A stretch of DNA of 64,000 nt from Chrysomallon squamiferum. Its lineage: Eukaryota > Animalia > Mollusca. The stretch is from the NCBI GenBank assembly GCA_012295275.1, contig CM022670.1, positions 11,966,001 through 12,030,000 of the forward strand, read 5' to 3'. Every line of letters starts with the position of its first letter. The first letter of the stretch is position 1. The position numbers and the translations under genes were made by a program. The notes beneath the pieces are model-generated. The model was not told the origin of the DNA. It was given only the letters and a program-made list of their open reading frames with translations, and made no database searches. Below are positions 13,301 through 25,845 of this stretch, piece after piece.

Positions 13301-16300
13301 GGTGTAGTTGTAAAAACAATTATGTTAATGATCTATAGTTGTCCAACCTAGATGTAATAAAACAATCTCATGATAAAAAACGTGTGAAAAGTAAAATTTG
13401 TAAGAATGATATGATCTGAATGTTAATGGACAGTTTCGTCAATTTAAGATTAGCATCTGTTTTTGTTTGTTAGTTTGGTCTTGTCAAAGAAGTTACGAAC
13501 AATTATATTAAAACTGAAATAAGAATGATAGCATGAAATTATCAGACTATAGTGCATACATATTTTGAAATAACACCCTGCCTTAGCTAGATATGAGAAA
13601 TACATTAAAACCACCTACATGTACAGTGTATGTATACACACACACGTACATACATATACATATTTAATGGTATTTTCTTTATCATTCTTCAAGTACAGCT
13701 AGTTAATAAATCTAGGCCTTTATTTCTATAAAATGTAAATGCTTTGCCTGTCTGCACAAACTGGCATCAACAGATAATTCAGGTAACACAGATGTGAACA
13801 CTCCACTTTCCATAATTTTTCCAAAACAAAAATATGAGATTTCCAAAACTGAGATTTCACTGTGAAAATCTGAGAAAGCAGAAACAAAGACCTTTTCACT
13901 GTAAATGAAAATAACTTGGTCTTGATTGTCTATACCTGCTTTATCAACTGTAATGGAGACAATAAATGTTTTATTTTTTCTACAATGTAAATTAGAACCT
14001 TTCTGAAATGACAACTTTAAACAAAACTTTTCCACACTAATAGATGAAACACCCAATACTGAAACAAACAAATAAATATGTCTTAAAATATCAGTTTAAT
14101 CTTATGAAGGTAAGAATGACCCAATTCTGTGAGACTATGCCTAGCTGCTTTGGGTCATTTAATCTTAAGAAAATAATTACATGCATTTCTTTTACCCTCA
14201 AACCTAAATAAATGCAAAATCTAGAGAAATTAACTGTTTTATTCCTCAACTCACTGCTCTAAACATTAGCACATTCATCTGCATTGCTTTTGCAATGATA
14301 AAAAATATTTCTTAATACCAATTTACATATATATTTTTTTTAATGAAATGATCTTTTAAAATCTAAACCAGCAATTAAACACTATGGAATTAACTCTAAA
14401 CAATATGTACATAAGCACATATAAACAAGTAATTTTTCAAAAAAAAAACACTAGTCCTTCCCCAAAAGGCTATAATATTTGGTCACTTTAGCAATGTATC
14501 TTGCCACTGAATTCAGTGATTGCAGTATATAAAATATATCCTCAGCTTTTCAGATCTACTACAGGAATGAAACATGAAGCATGTTAAATCATTACTAATA
14601 GTAACAGTAGGATATTTTTGTTTCCTGGATTACCGGAGAGACATGTTTTCAAAATGTTACATCTCTTACGCTTCTTTCTTGGTTTTGAAGATTTCTGCTG
14701 ACTGAGTTTTTTGCCCGACGCTCGAGGACACATAAGAAAATCCATTATCCGCTGAATGATGGCCTCTTTTGTTCCTGATCTTTCCACATTCAGAACCTTG
14801 CAAATGTCTTTCAAAACTGGTGTGAACATCCTGAAATTAAAGTTTTTAGGTTCAATGACACAAGTAAGGTTGACTTTCAATCAATGGCTATAAAATGTTA
14901 AAACATTTTGTATCAATCCCAGTATATATTTTAAAATAGAAAAACAGCTTTCGTTTTTTTTTCTTTGACAGCAAAGGATATATGTGATTTCCCACATAAA
15001 TAAACAGTTATGGTTTTGACAGAAAATAGGGTGCATAAAAGATGACAGATGATACAACTCAAACAAAAAGTGTTGTAACTAATTAATGGACTATGCTTCT
15101 AATAATCCTATTATAAATAAATAAAATCTGAAAAATCAATTGATAGTAAATTAACACCGAATGATTATCAAAACATAATAATAAATAAACATTAAAAAAT
15201 AAAATATTTATCTGTCTATATATATATATATACATAGAGAGAGAGAGTTGGGGAGAGAGAGAGAGAGAGAGAAGGAGGGAGAGAGACACTTGACATACTT
15301 ATTCATAACATCTATTTTCTTCTGATATTCTTTATCTTTTTTATCAAATGCAAACCCAGAAAACTGACGGATATTTTTCTTAGCTTGTGTTGCCTGCAAC
15401 AATAAAAATACAGTAAATCATTAAGACATTTTAACAAGAAACCAATAATTATTAATTTTAAGGTTTTTAATGTTAATTTTTAACATCTTGACATTAAAGA
15501 TCATGTTATTTTGACAACAGTAATTTTCTAAATTTATTTCTATGACAAATAATTACAGTACTGTAATTGGCAAATATAAGAAAAAATATGAGTGAATTAA
15601 CTGCAATCAATAAAAGATTTATTTGTTTATTTTCAGTTAAGGTTAAACATGCATTATCTCAATTTCTTTGACTTCAATTATTTCAAATTTTTAAAAACAA
15701 TCACAACACATCTAAATATAAAAATCCCCAGTTATACACATAGCCAATATAGCATATTTACAATTTTAATCTTGAAAGAGTGTTTGTAGACTGAAGAATC
15801 AGAAAGAGAACTTATATTCTCTCTGCTGCCTTAAAAGTTTTCAGAAAAGGGATCGCTGATCTGTAATTAATTTAGATTTACTTACAACTCCTGTAACACC
15901 AAAAAGAACTCTGTGTAAAGATTTCAAATCACTGCCCCGATGTCTGTTCAATTCCATCTCAACTGAAAAACAACAAATAAATGGTTTTTTTTTTAATCAA
16001 ACATAATATATATTTCAAATGCAATTTTTGACTAAACACACTTTAACTGCTGCAGTCTGACTTACTGTGATCCGAACATAAAAGTTTAAAATTTTAGAAT
16101 GTTCTTAAACTCACTAGCTGGACATTCTCCAAGTCTGTCTCCAGAACCTTCTGGTATTTCCAGTGGTTTCTTTTCTGGTGGTGTAAATGTAGATGACATG
16201 GCCAGTCGTTCAACCTTCTTCCTCTCTCTTTTCCCTGACTCGAGTATCGGCGTCTTTTCCACTGATCCTACTGAGTAAACCACCACAAGAATTAACAATC

Positions 16301-18587
16301 AAGAATATTGTGTAACACATCATTTTGTTATTTTTTTTGTTTTTTAAAAGGATGTGACAAACAAACAAAATATGTTTTTTGGTAATAATTTCCCCTGAAA
16401 TTTCAGTAATCAATTTTTAATTTGGTATCCATAATACAGCATAAAAAAATAATCATAAAAAAAAAAAAATATGCATATTTACCTTTTCAATGCTTTCTTT
16501 CTTATAATATATATAGTTTTCACTGAATTATCAGTAATACATGTTTTACTTATTTTTATTCCATGGAAAAAAGTTCTTATTCATGTGTGATATAAAAGTA
16601 ATAATAATAATAATATTGAAATTAAAAAGGGAGACAACTCTCAGAAACAAATCTTCAACATTCACTAAAGGCAATTTGAAAACAACATAAATAAACATTT
16701 AATGATATCAACACAAAAAGGCATCAGATATTAACATTAATATTACTCTGTTCAACAATTTAACTTACATGAATCTTCATCACCTTCGTTTACTTCTTCA
16801 TAGTAATATGTTGGTGCCCGTTTCTTTTTCTTTCTGCCTTGTTTCGGTTTTGGAGTGGAGTCACCATCACCATCTACCTCAGATTTCTCTGACTTGCTCT
16901 GGTCAAGATCAGCTTCCTTCTCCTCTTTGTTGGAAATTTCCTCCATCGACACATCTTTTCCAGAAGATGCCTCACTCTCATTCTTGTCTTCCTGACTTTC
17001 CAACACTTTCACATCCTCCAGTTTGGGAGAGGATTCTTTTTCTGTGTTTTTTTCTTTGTTTTCCTGAGGTAATTCCTCAACTTTGGGTTTTGACGATTCA
17101 TCCTCAGATAAATTGTTTTCTTTTATTTCATTTTCTTTCATATCCTCATGTCCATTTTCTGTTCTCACTTCCTCTGCAAGTTCAACAGGTTTTTTTGCAG
17201 GAACATTCATCGAATTTTCTTCCGGTTTTTTATCTTCAGTCTTTTGCTCCTTAAAATAAAATTTTAAAAATAACATCCCATCAATTTCAAAATTTCATTC
17301 TAATGAAAGATTCCTTTCACTGTTCTTATTTTTTAATTAATATCATAAAATACTATATAAATGAAAACATATTGCTAGAATAAGACACAAGTTATAAATC
17401 AGATTAAGGTATTAGTTTTTACACCAGTAAAAAATAATAAACAATGCCTTATTAGCGAAGGGCTATAACTCTTGTCTAAAAATTTAAAACTGTATTCTGA
17501 ATTTATATATTTCAGATAATAAACTTCAGAAAGCTGTAATACTCTAAACAGTATTTAGTTATATATCAATTATGAATTCCATACAACTTTAACTTTATCT
17601 GTATGGTTATCTATCAAATTCCATATCAGACTGCTATAAAAAAAATTCTCATAATTAAACAAAAAAAGGAACAACATAGAAGCAGATTGTATAAATTTGT
17701 ATTATTTAAAGTGTTTAGTCATTCTGCCCTCCCCAAAATGTGATATAATTCACTAACAGTATTGCTTTAGTGTTATAGTTAGACATTTATACAATTATAG
17801 GGATGAATACTATATCAATATTGATACAGTATTTTTAATATCAAATTTACTTTTTTTTTTTTATTTGTTTATATATTAATGTAATAATTAAATTTCAATA
17901 TATTCTGCAACAGAAAAATTGAGTAAACCACTTATTCAATCAATTGAATTATTGGCAATACTTTACATTCTATAATATTCCGAAGGTAGGTTAGACAACT
18001 CTATCTGAATGATGTAAATCAGTTTGATGCATTTAAATACAAATATTTGTGGGCATATCAAGCATTAATTTTAACTTTAACGGATTTAGTTGTTTTGCAC
18101 TTTCAAACGATACTTATTAGTTCGAGAACCTTTCATCTATTCCTTTGTTGACATTTTAAAAGTAATAATAAAGGTAAGTGGATTCTGTACCAGTCAAGCG
18201 CGCTTAAATTCAAATACAGTAGCAGAAATCATTGAAGATCGACACATTTCTCAATGCAGATAACATATTTGTAACAATTGTCAAAACAATATTTCGGTTA
18301 AACGCAGTATTATATTTGGCAACTAGAATTATATATATACAGGTGTAAAAACAATAACTGCACTAACAAACTGGACACCATGATTACTGTTACGCTTCGT
18401 TTTAAAATCCATTATAAAAGCTAAGAGTATCTAACAAAAATCATGTATAAATAACTAGAGCATAATGGAAATAATTATTCGTTCACAATAAAATGTGCAA
18501 TAAATAAATATAAGCTTTCGAATCTAAAACAAGATCAATCAATACCCCCGATTGCGGAGTAGCACCGGTATCATCTCCTTCTGACAT
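10337..18587 (-). CDS. DEK: DEK chromatin protein (pseudo-SAP/SAP plus DEK-C domain), about 551 aa, 12 coding exons
   Basis: Phase-consistent GT-AG exons: 18587-18546, 17249-16769, 16270-16115, 15962-15886, 15393-15299, 14830-14670 (alternative donor gives end 14661), 13087-12873, 12555-12357, 11497-11433, 11245-11162, 10679-10611, 10348-10337. Motifs GKRERKKVERL, LKSLHRVLF, KKNIRQFSGF, SAP LKDICKVLNVERSGTKEAIIQRIMDFL, DDSSEEDEPLVKK and DEK-C DELKDLIKKILDGADLEQVTMKTVVKQVYGKYPDFDLTDRKEFIKNTVKQIIS. Confidence 0.95.
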
Positions 18588-18602
18588 TATCGCTTTGAAC
18601 AG

Positions 18603-18673
18603 AAATGGCGGTAAAATGGCGTATCCTGCAAATTTAACCAATCAAAATAAATTTAACAGCGATGAGAACCAAT
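18603..18673 (-). promoter_or_regulatory. DEK proximal promoter: two YY1-like CGCCATTT motifs and two CCAAT boxes
   Basis: AAATGGCG at about 18603-18610 and 18614-18621 (CGCCATTT on minus); CCAAT at 18638-18642 and 18669-18673, 31 bp apart; local CpG retention immediately upstream of the DEK ATG (18587). Confidence 0.55.
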
Positions 18674-20099
18674 ACTATATCGTAAAGTTTGACGAAAGAC
18701 CTGAAGCGAAATCCTTTCATTAGAACCTGTTTTCCGGCAATAAACAACGTATATGACATAATAGTATACCTATTTATTTAAAGATGTTGGATTAAAATTA
18801 TTATTTTAAAATAAATCTGGTATAAATTGAGCCATTGGAATTGGAAACAATTATTCACGAGAATTATATTTAGATTATTTGTACCGTATAAATAATATTA
18901 AATCCCTAAGTGTACTAACAAACAGCACATACCGGTTATGTACATTTTTCAATTACTAGGCATAGTATATTTTACGATGAACTGAGTTAATTTAAACTTT
19001 TTCATTGTTGAACCAAACCTAAAATACTTTTTTTTTTAATCAGTTACTTGATTAAGGGTGAAAATATATAATCATACAAGACGAAATTGCTGCCATTACA
19101 TGATTACTGTTTCTTTAACAAGTATAAATAAAGAGAGATTTACTGTAAGATCATAAAGATGTCAATACAATGGAGCATGGGCAAATGTTATCTAAGCTTA
19201 TATTGAAGTTGGGAAAAAGTAAATTATTATTTATTAAAAAAAAAAGTCCGCGGAAACTGGGATTTATTTCATGAATTCGTAATAACCCCCCTCCATACAC
19301 ACATATATACTGTTAGCAGTCACAATTTTTGATATAGTGAGGTTTGCTTTCTTTCACGATATAACCAGTGCGGTCACCTCAAACAGCTGACATTAATGGT
19401 TTCTTTTATTCCACCCCGTATTTTATTTCTTCTTTTAAAATATTATTATCACTGATGAATGATTTGCAGTGTTATATATAGTGTTCATCACAGTGTTATA
19501 AATAAGGCATGTCTTGCAATATCTAGAACCTAAAGCAAAATATTTTTTATATAATTTACAGTTGACTGGAAAACACATAATTGACATATATGATATAATT
19601 ATAATAATAAAACAAACAACCTCATTTGAGTCTACTGAGCGGGAAATAGCCCATTTGTAACTGCTCCAGAAATTTATAAAATTGTGGAAAAGATAAACAT
19701 CTTATTTTGCATTTATATAATAAAATAAACAGTGATTGATTGAATGAATAAATAAATAATAAATTTAGCAGCAAATAATAAAAAGAAAATAAATTTTAAA
19801 AAATAATAATATTTCCACAAGAAAAAATCTCCAGTTAATAATTAAATGTTCATTTTGGTAATTCCCCTATCTAAATGAAAAACAATTCCCTTTGACAATA
19901 TATAGGTATAAATTTGTATACAATTTACCAAAATGATTTAGAAACGGGGACTTGTATGGATTATTGACCTTTGCATGAACCATGTGGTCCATGGAAATTA
20001 TCTTTCGGAAATACTCGATAGTAACTACATAGTATTTTACAGCCCGAGTATTTCCGAATGCCATTAGACTGTGATTTAGTTGTACATTATTCGGAATAT

Positions 20100-20352
20100 T
20101 GTTTCTTTATTTAAATGTCAAAAATATACAGTCTACGGATGGAAAGAATATACTGATGCACAGTAGATTAGTACGCTTGTTTACTGCTTCAACAGAAAGC
20201 CAGTGAATAATAGAAAAATGGAACTGGAGTGTTTTGACATTTCTGTCATTAGTTATAGATTTTTGTTTTCATTTTTGACATTTAGATACAAAATAGATAG
20301 ATTCAACTAATTTACTAGTTGTAATCTTCTTCTAGAAATCCCAAAGAGTCCG
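20100..20352 (+). other. Probable non-coding first exon of the RNF144 gene (5' end approximate)
   Basis: Strong donor CCG|GTGAGT at 20353, CpG-containing region, matched by acceptor TTGTTTTCAG at 21202, 27 nt before the ATG. Confidence 0.5.
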
Positions 20353-20389
20353 GTGAGTGCAAATTAAAATTATTCCATATTTTGTTTTT

Positions 20390-20428
<39 letters not shown>

Positions 20429-21229
20429 TTAATTACAATTTAGTTATAGAAAAAAGGAAAAAAAAAACCAAACGCATGAAGAAACCTGATTTTGGCCGAT
20501 AAGAATATTCATTGTATCAAATGACTTTGGGATATTAATATGTTGATTATTCTCTTATCGATATTTGTTTGTAATTCACATTATTAACAAATGTATTATA
20601 AATGAAATTTTACATAAATTCGTAAATGTTTTGTAAATTAAATATATTATTTACATTTCTTTTAATAAAGGTTAGGTAGCAGGTGTATAATATTATGAAC
20701 AGATGAGTGGTATAATAAGTTTATTTATAATATCACTTGTATATTAAAGCAGAAGAAAAAAAAAGAAGAAAAAATTAAAAACTTGGGGGGTGGAGGGTTT
20801 GAGCTGATTGAGATTTATGTTACAGAAAGTAGTCTTGCAGTGTAGATCAAGGCCTTGTCAGCAGGCATTTTATTAAACCTAAAACGCATTTTGTAGTGTC
20901 ACATTGTTTCACTTTGCTACAGTCTTTGTTTTACAGTAGTAATAAAGTAAGTAAACGACAATTCAGAGACTACCATTTTCCTCCGTCTCTTTAACAGCTG
21001 TGATATTACTTCTTAATGTTAGGTAATGTGATATATAATAAAACTCACAGACATAATGATGAATAAGCTAATAATATGTTGTTGGTGGTGGTGGTGATGG
21101 TGTTGATTGTTTTGTTTTGATTCACCAACAAGTATTCTTTATTGGATATCAGCATTATACTAGTGGTAGTTGTCCTTTAGTTTATTTCTTGATTGTTTTC
21201 AGATAAGCAGTTTGTAGTCCTATATAGTG

Positions 21230-23170
21230 ATGGCGACTTACTCGGCATCTGGAAATTCAGTAGAATTAGCGATAGATCCTCTCATTACATGTAAACTTTG
21301 TCTGATGGAATGCACCCTGCCTGACATGTACGAGCTACATGACTGCAGATGTCTCTACTGCAAATCGGTAAAGAATATTTTTTAATTCTAAAATCTAATA
21401 AATATTAACTTGTTAATCAGCAAAATGTTTATTTCATTCAGAAAGCTCAGTAAGTTGCTTTAGTATCATAAATATTTCAGAAAAATTGTATTGTTTTTAT
21501 TTTAATTAGTTATCAAAATGGTAGCATGAATTATAAATATAATTTTGCCACATAGCCTGAAATTTAGAAATATTTTATGTTGTATAACATGATTAATGAA
21601 TAACAGTGATAAAAACTATATCATATATTTTGTAGACCTGTATCCACATGTTGTGGTTATAAAAGGCTTTCAGATGTAATGTCATATGTGGGAAATTTTG
21701 CTTACTTTGATGTAGGTTGTCATAAACATGTGTCATTCAGTGTCAGAACTATAATAATAGAAAAATTAATGCAGATATTCTAGATGCTAAGCTAAAATGA
21801 AATAAACTGTTTTATAGTGTGTAGAGCAGTACCTGGCTGTGATGATAACAGAGGGCAGCATTATGGATATCACATGTCCTGATGCTCAGTGCAAAAAACA
21901 GGGCAGACTAGAAGCCCCAGAGGTTTGTATATCATTTCTCAACATACATACATACACTGACTATTCCTATAATTTATAAATTATTATTATCTTCATTCAT
22001 TTACAGTTAGAAATTGTTTATCTCATTTAAGATTTATGTTTTCATTATTAATTTTTTAATTATTGTTATTCTACTCTTCAGCAACAAAATTATTTTATCA
22101 TCACCGTTTTTATTGTTGTAAATTACTTAACGTGGAGAAGTTTTATTCTAGATATATATATATTTTTTTTTTTAAATCATTAAAATTAATAAATGTAAAT
22201 TATATATTTGTAATTTATTAAACTCTTTTTAAATTGAATTTTCCTTTTATTACTTTAATTTTATTGTTTTTGTTTATTTACAGATTGAAAAATTAGTTGA
22301 CAAAAATCTTTTTGAGAGATACAAACGACTACGTTTTCAACGTGGTAACTATTATATTTTAAAGATTTCCATTTAAAAATTAATTTGAATAGAAAGTGTT
22401 CTTTAGTTTTCTTCTAGTTCAGATGTTGTTATGAAAGATACCCACAAAAAAAAAAAAAAAAAAAAAAAAAACAAAAAATTAAAAATATATTTATGCATTA
22501 AGATTGAATTGCATCTGAATTTGTGAAGGGGAGAGTCAAAAGAAAGAAATTTGAGTACTTGTATCAAATGTATATATAGTAGCCAAAACAAAAAACAAAA
22601 AATTCGAAAATGTATAGATTATGTTACTGTAATAATAGTCAATCAACATCAGACTTCACTAACAGTGAAATACTATAATAAAATTATGAAGCTTTATGAT
22701 ATGGATGCCTTTATTTACTAGTTAGTATAAATGTATATTTAAAATATCTAAAATTAAGCAATTTGTTCATATTAATTTGTTTTGTTGTATCTATATCGCC
22801 AATAAGCAATTCATTCAAAATATCTGTATCAGGTATAGAAATATTTTTGTTTATTATTATTAATGTTTAATGTAATGTGACGTTTATTAACTAAATGAAA
22901 AAGGCAGTGTCTATGAATCATCAAGTCTTATTGTTTCAATACATTTTGAAATACTTAATTTCATATATTTTGATTCATTTAAATAATGAACAGTTCATAT
23001 TAAAATTGAAATCTTTCAGAAATAGATAATGATCCAAATAAGACATTTTGTCCTGAGGCTGGTTGTGAAACAGTTTGCCATGTTTGCTCAAATCCACCAC
23101 CTCAACATGATGATGCAGTCCAGCCCATTCCTGTTCAGTGTCCTACTGTGAGTATTCATTTATTTATTTA

Positions 23171-23218
<48 letters not shown>

Positions 23219-24720
23219 TTTTTTATTTGGTTTGTTCTTTATTTAATATTAAATGTTTTTTAATTTACATGCTGAAATTTGTGAATATTCACTTATTTAA
23301 TATCATTTATTTACTTATTTAGTGTTTTATTAACTATGTGTTCATACATGCACTTTGAATATGGAATAACCAGAATAGTTTCAGTATATTAATGATGCTA
23401 AATTATTACTGTTATTGTTATTGTTATTGTTATTGTTATTGTTAATATTATTAGTATTAGTATTATTTATTTTAACTGTAATTTTCACTTTAAAATGTGT
23501 TACGTAACTCAGAGTTTAAAACTGGGGTTTAGATATTTCAATGTGTATTGTTATGTTACAGTGTGGACTTCGGTTCTGTTCAGTATGTAAATCCAAATGG
23601 CATGCTGCCAAAAGCTGTGATGAAGTTATGATTTCAGGACGACATGAAGACTTAGGGTAAGACTGAACATAACTCCTTAACTCTGAATTTAAATATAGCA
23701 GCATTTTAATCCAGACATATACACACAAACTCAAAGAAAAAAAGAAAAAAGAAAATATTTAAAATTATATTCAGGATATTATATAGTGTTTTCATGTGAT
23801 AAAGTATGACTCTATAGGGGTACTGGTTGTTTTTAATGCATCAATTAAAATTACAAACATTTGACACACAGCAACAGAGGACAGAAAATATAATTTTTGT
23901 AGTTTATAATATAAGCACAACAAAAGTATACTGTTACTGAAAGTGGGTTTATTATTTTTGTTTGTGCAGCATTCCATTTAGCAGTGCAGAGGACGCAAGA
24001 ATCAAGCGGTGTCCTGTCTGCCACGTGCCCATTGAAAGGAATGACGGCTGCGCGCAGATGATGTGCAAGCGATGTAAACACGTTTTCTGTTGGTACTGCC
24101 TTGCCTCTCTTGATGTGAGTAAATACGATTTACAGGTGTTCGTGTTAAAGTGAATTGCTGCGATGTCAGCATTTATTAATATAATTTCATTAACAAACTT
24201 TACTTATAATAAGTTAAATGAAAATAAACGTATATTTAATTGTTCAAATAAGTAATTTTATTATTATTATTATTATGTTTTTTTTTTAATGAAGCATTAT
24301 GCTCCAGATATGTGTTTTCTCAAATGGTTATTTTAAATATTTTTGACTTTATCTACCATTTACACCTACAAGGTGTTTATTTAAATTGAATTATTTTCTG
24401 TCAGTAATTACTAATCTAATTTCAGGAATTAACTTTACTCATTACAAGTTAAAATAATATAAACCTTTATATTTAATTGTTCAATGTAAATAATGGTTCT
24501 TTTTTCTTCTATAAATCCTTATGCTCAAGATATGTATTTTCTTGAAATTTCCACTAGTATTTGCATCTAAAACAAGCTTAGTGGCCTCTGTTACAATACT
24601 GTTACAATAAACTTATTTGTAAAACACTTGGTATTGTCAAAACATATTGGCATTTTCATAACATGGTTTTGTTTTCAAATTCATCTTATTTTGCAATTAA
24701 ACATTTATTTACTGGAATTA

Positions 24721-24773
<53 letters not shown>

Positions 24774-25595
24774 GCCTATTCTAAGTATTAATAATATTCG
24801 TACTTATGTGCTAGCAATATAATGATTTCTTATATGTTAACAATGTTTTAGATGAAGAATTTAATTAGTTCTGTTTTTAAATATGTTATTATATTGCATA
24901 ATGATTTATTATATATTAACAATGTTTGTATATGAAGAATTTAATTAGTTTTATTTTTAAATATATCATTATGTTGCAGGATGATTTCTTAACTATTAAT
25001 AATGGTTGTAGAGGAAGTATTTAATTTGTTTTGTTTTTAAATATGTTATTATATTTCATAATTATTTCTTAATTATTATCAATGTTTGTAGATGAAGTAT
25101 TTAATTAGTTTTGTTTCTGAACATGTCATTATGTTGCAGGATGATTTTTTGTTGAGGCACTACGACAAAGGACCATGTAAAAATAAACTTGGACATTCTC
25201 GAGCTTCTGTCATTTGGCATCGCACACAGGTACTAACAAACAGAATACTTGTCAGTTAATCATTTCTTAATAAAATGTTATCCTTTCACTGTTTGCTATT
25301 ACAAATGATTGCTTATATATTTGTTATTCAATAATCCCAGCTTCATTTAAGTAAAGGAGAATACACACATACACACACGTTCACATATTAAAAAAAAGAA
25401 AATTACATGCACTTAATCTATTGATTACTCACATTTTGTTGTAATTTAGTTTTGTTGTATATTCACTGGATATTTACTTACTTTCTACTATCTGTCTATT
25501 TATTTACTAGTATTCATTCATTTGTTTATAAATTCTTTACCAATTTATAGATTTTTGAGATTTTAATATTTAATATTTTTCATTTAAATTCTTTA

Positions 25596-25664
<69 letters not shown>

Positions 25665-25845
25665 GTTAAATAATTTATTATTATTATTTTTTTTTTTTCA
25701 GGTTGTTGGTATTTTTGCAGGGTTTGGTGTACTGCTTCTTGTTGCCTCGCCGTTTCTGCTGCTTGCTGCTCCATGCATTCTGTGCTGTAAATGCAAAATG
25801 TGTAAATGTTGTGAGGACGAAGATGGGGACGGAATACCCACTTGA
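21230..25845 (+). CDS. RNF144A: RNF144-family RBR (RING1-IBR-RING2) E3 ubiquitin ligase with C-terminal TM helix, about 301 aa
   Basis: Exons 21230-21367, 21818-21922, 22284-22344, 23020-23147, 23562-23656, 23970-24114, 25140-25229, 25702-25845, all phase-consistent. [103 protein letters not shown] match recalled RNF144A; probably co-orthologous to vertebrate RNF144A/B. Confidence 0.96.
24723..24770. repeat. (CA)n microsatellite
   Basis: Uninterrupted AC run in an RNF144 intron. Confidence 0.95.
24821..25149 (+). repeat. Tandem repeat of four ~80-bp units (A-B-A-B, 160-bp higher order) overlapping the RNF144 exon acceptor
   Basis: Units at 24821, 24901, 24981 and 25061 share atgattt..a...ttaa.aatg.tt.ta.a.gaag.atttaatt.gtt; units 2 and 4 end TCATTATGTTGCAGG, units 1 and 3 end ATATGTTATTATATT.CATA. 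Confidence 0.85.

Noticed and set aside
14070-14220. Possible H/ACA snoRNA from two adjacent hairpins in a DEK intron
   Set aside because: No correctly placed terminal ACA box on either strand; kept only as a structural note.
16769-17254. 161-aa plus-strand ORF, and similar ORFs at 12297-12569, 33738-34148, 34424-34660, 35418-35726, 23851-24081, 25658-25922, 43524-43739, 50805-51152
   Set aside because: Antisense or shifted-frame shadows of real exons.
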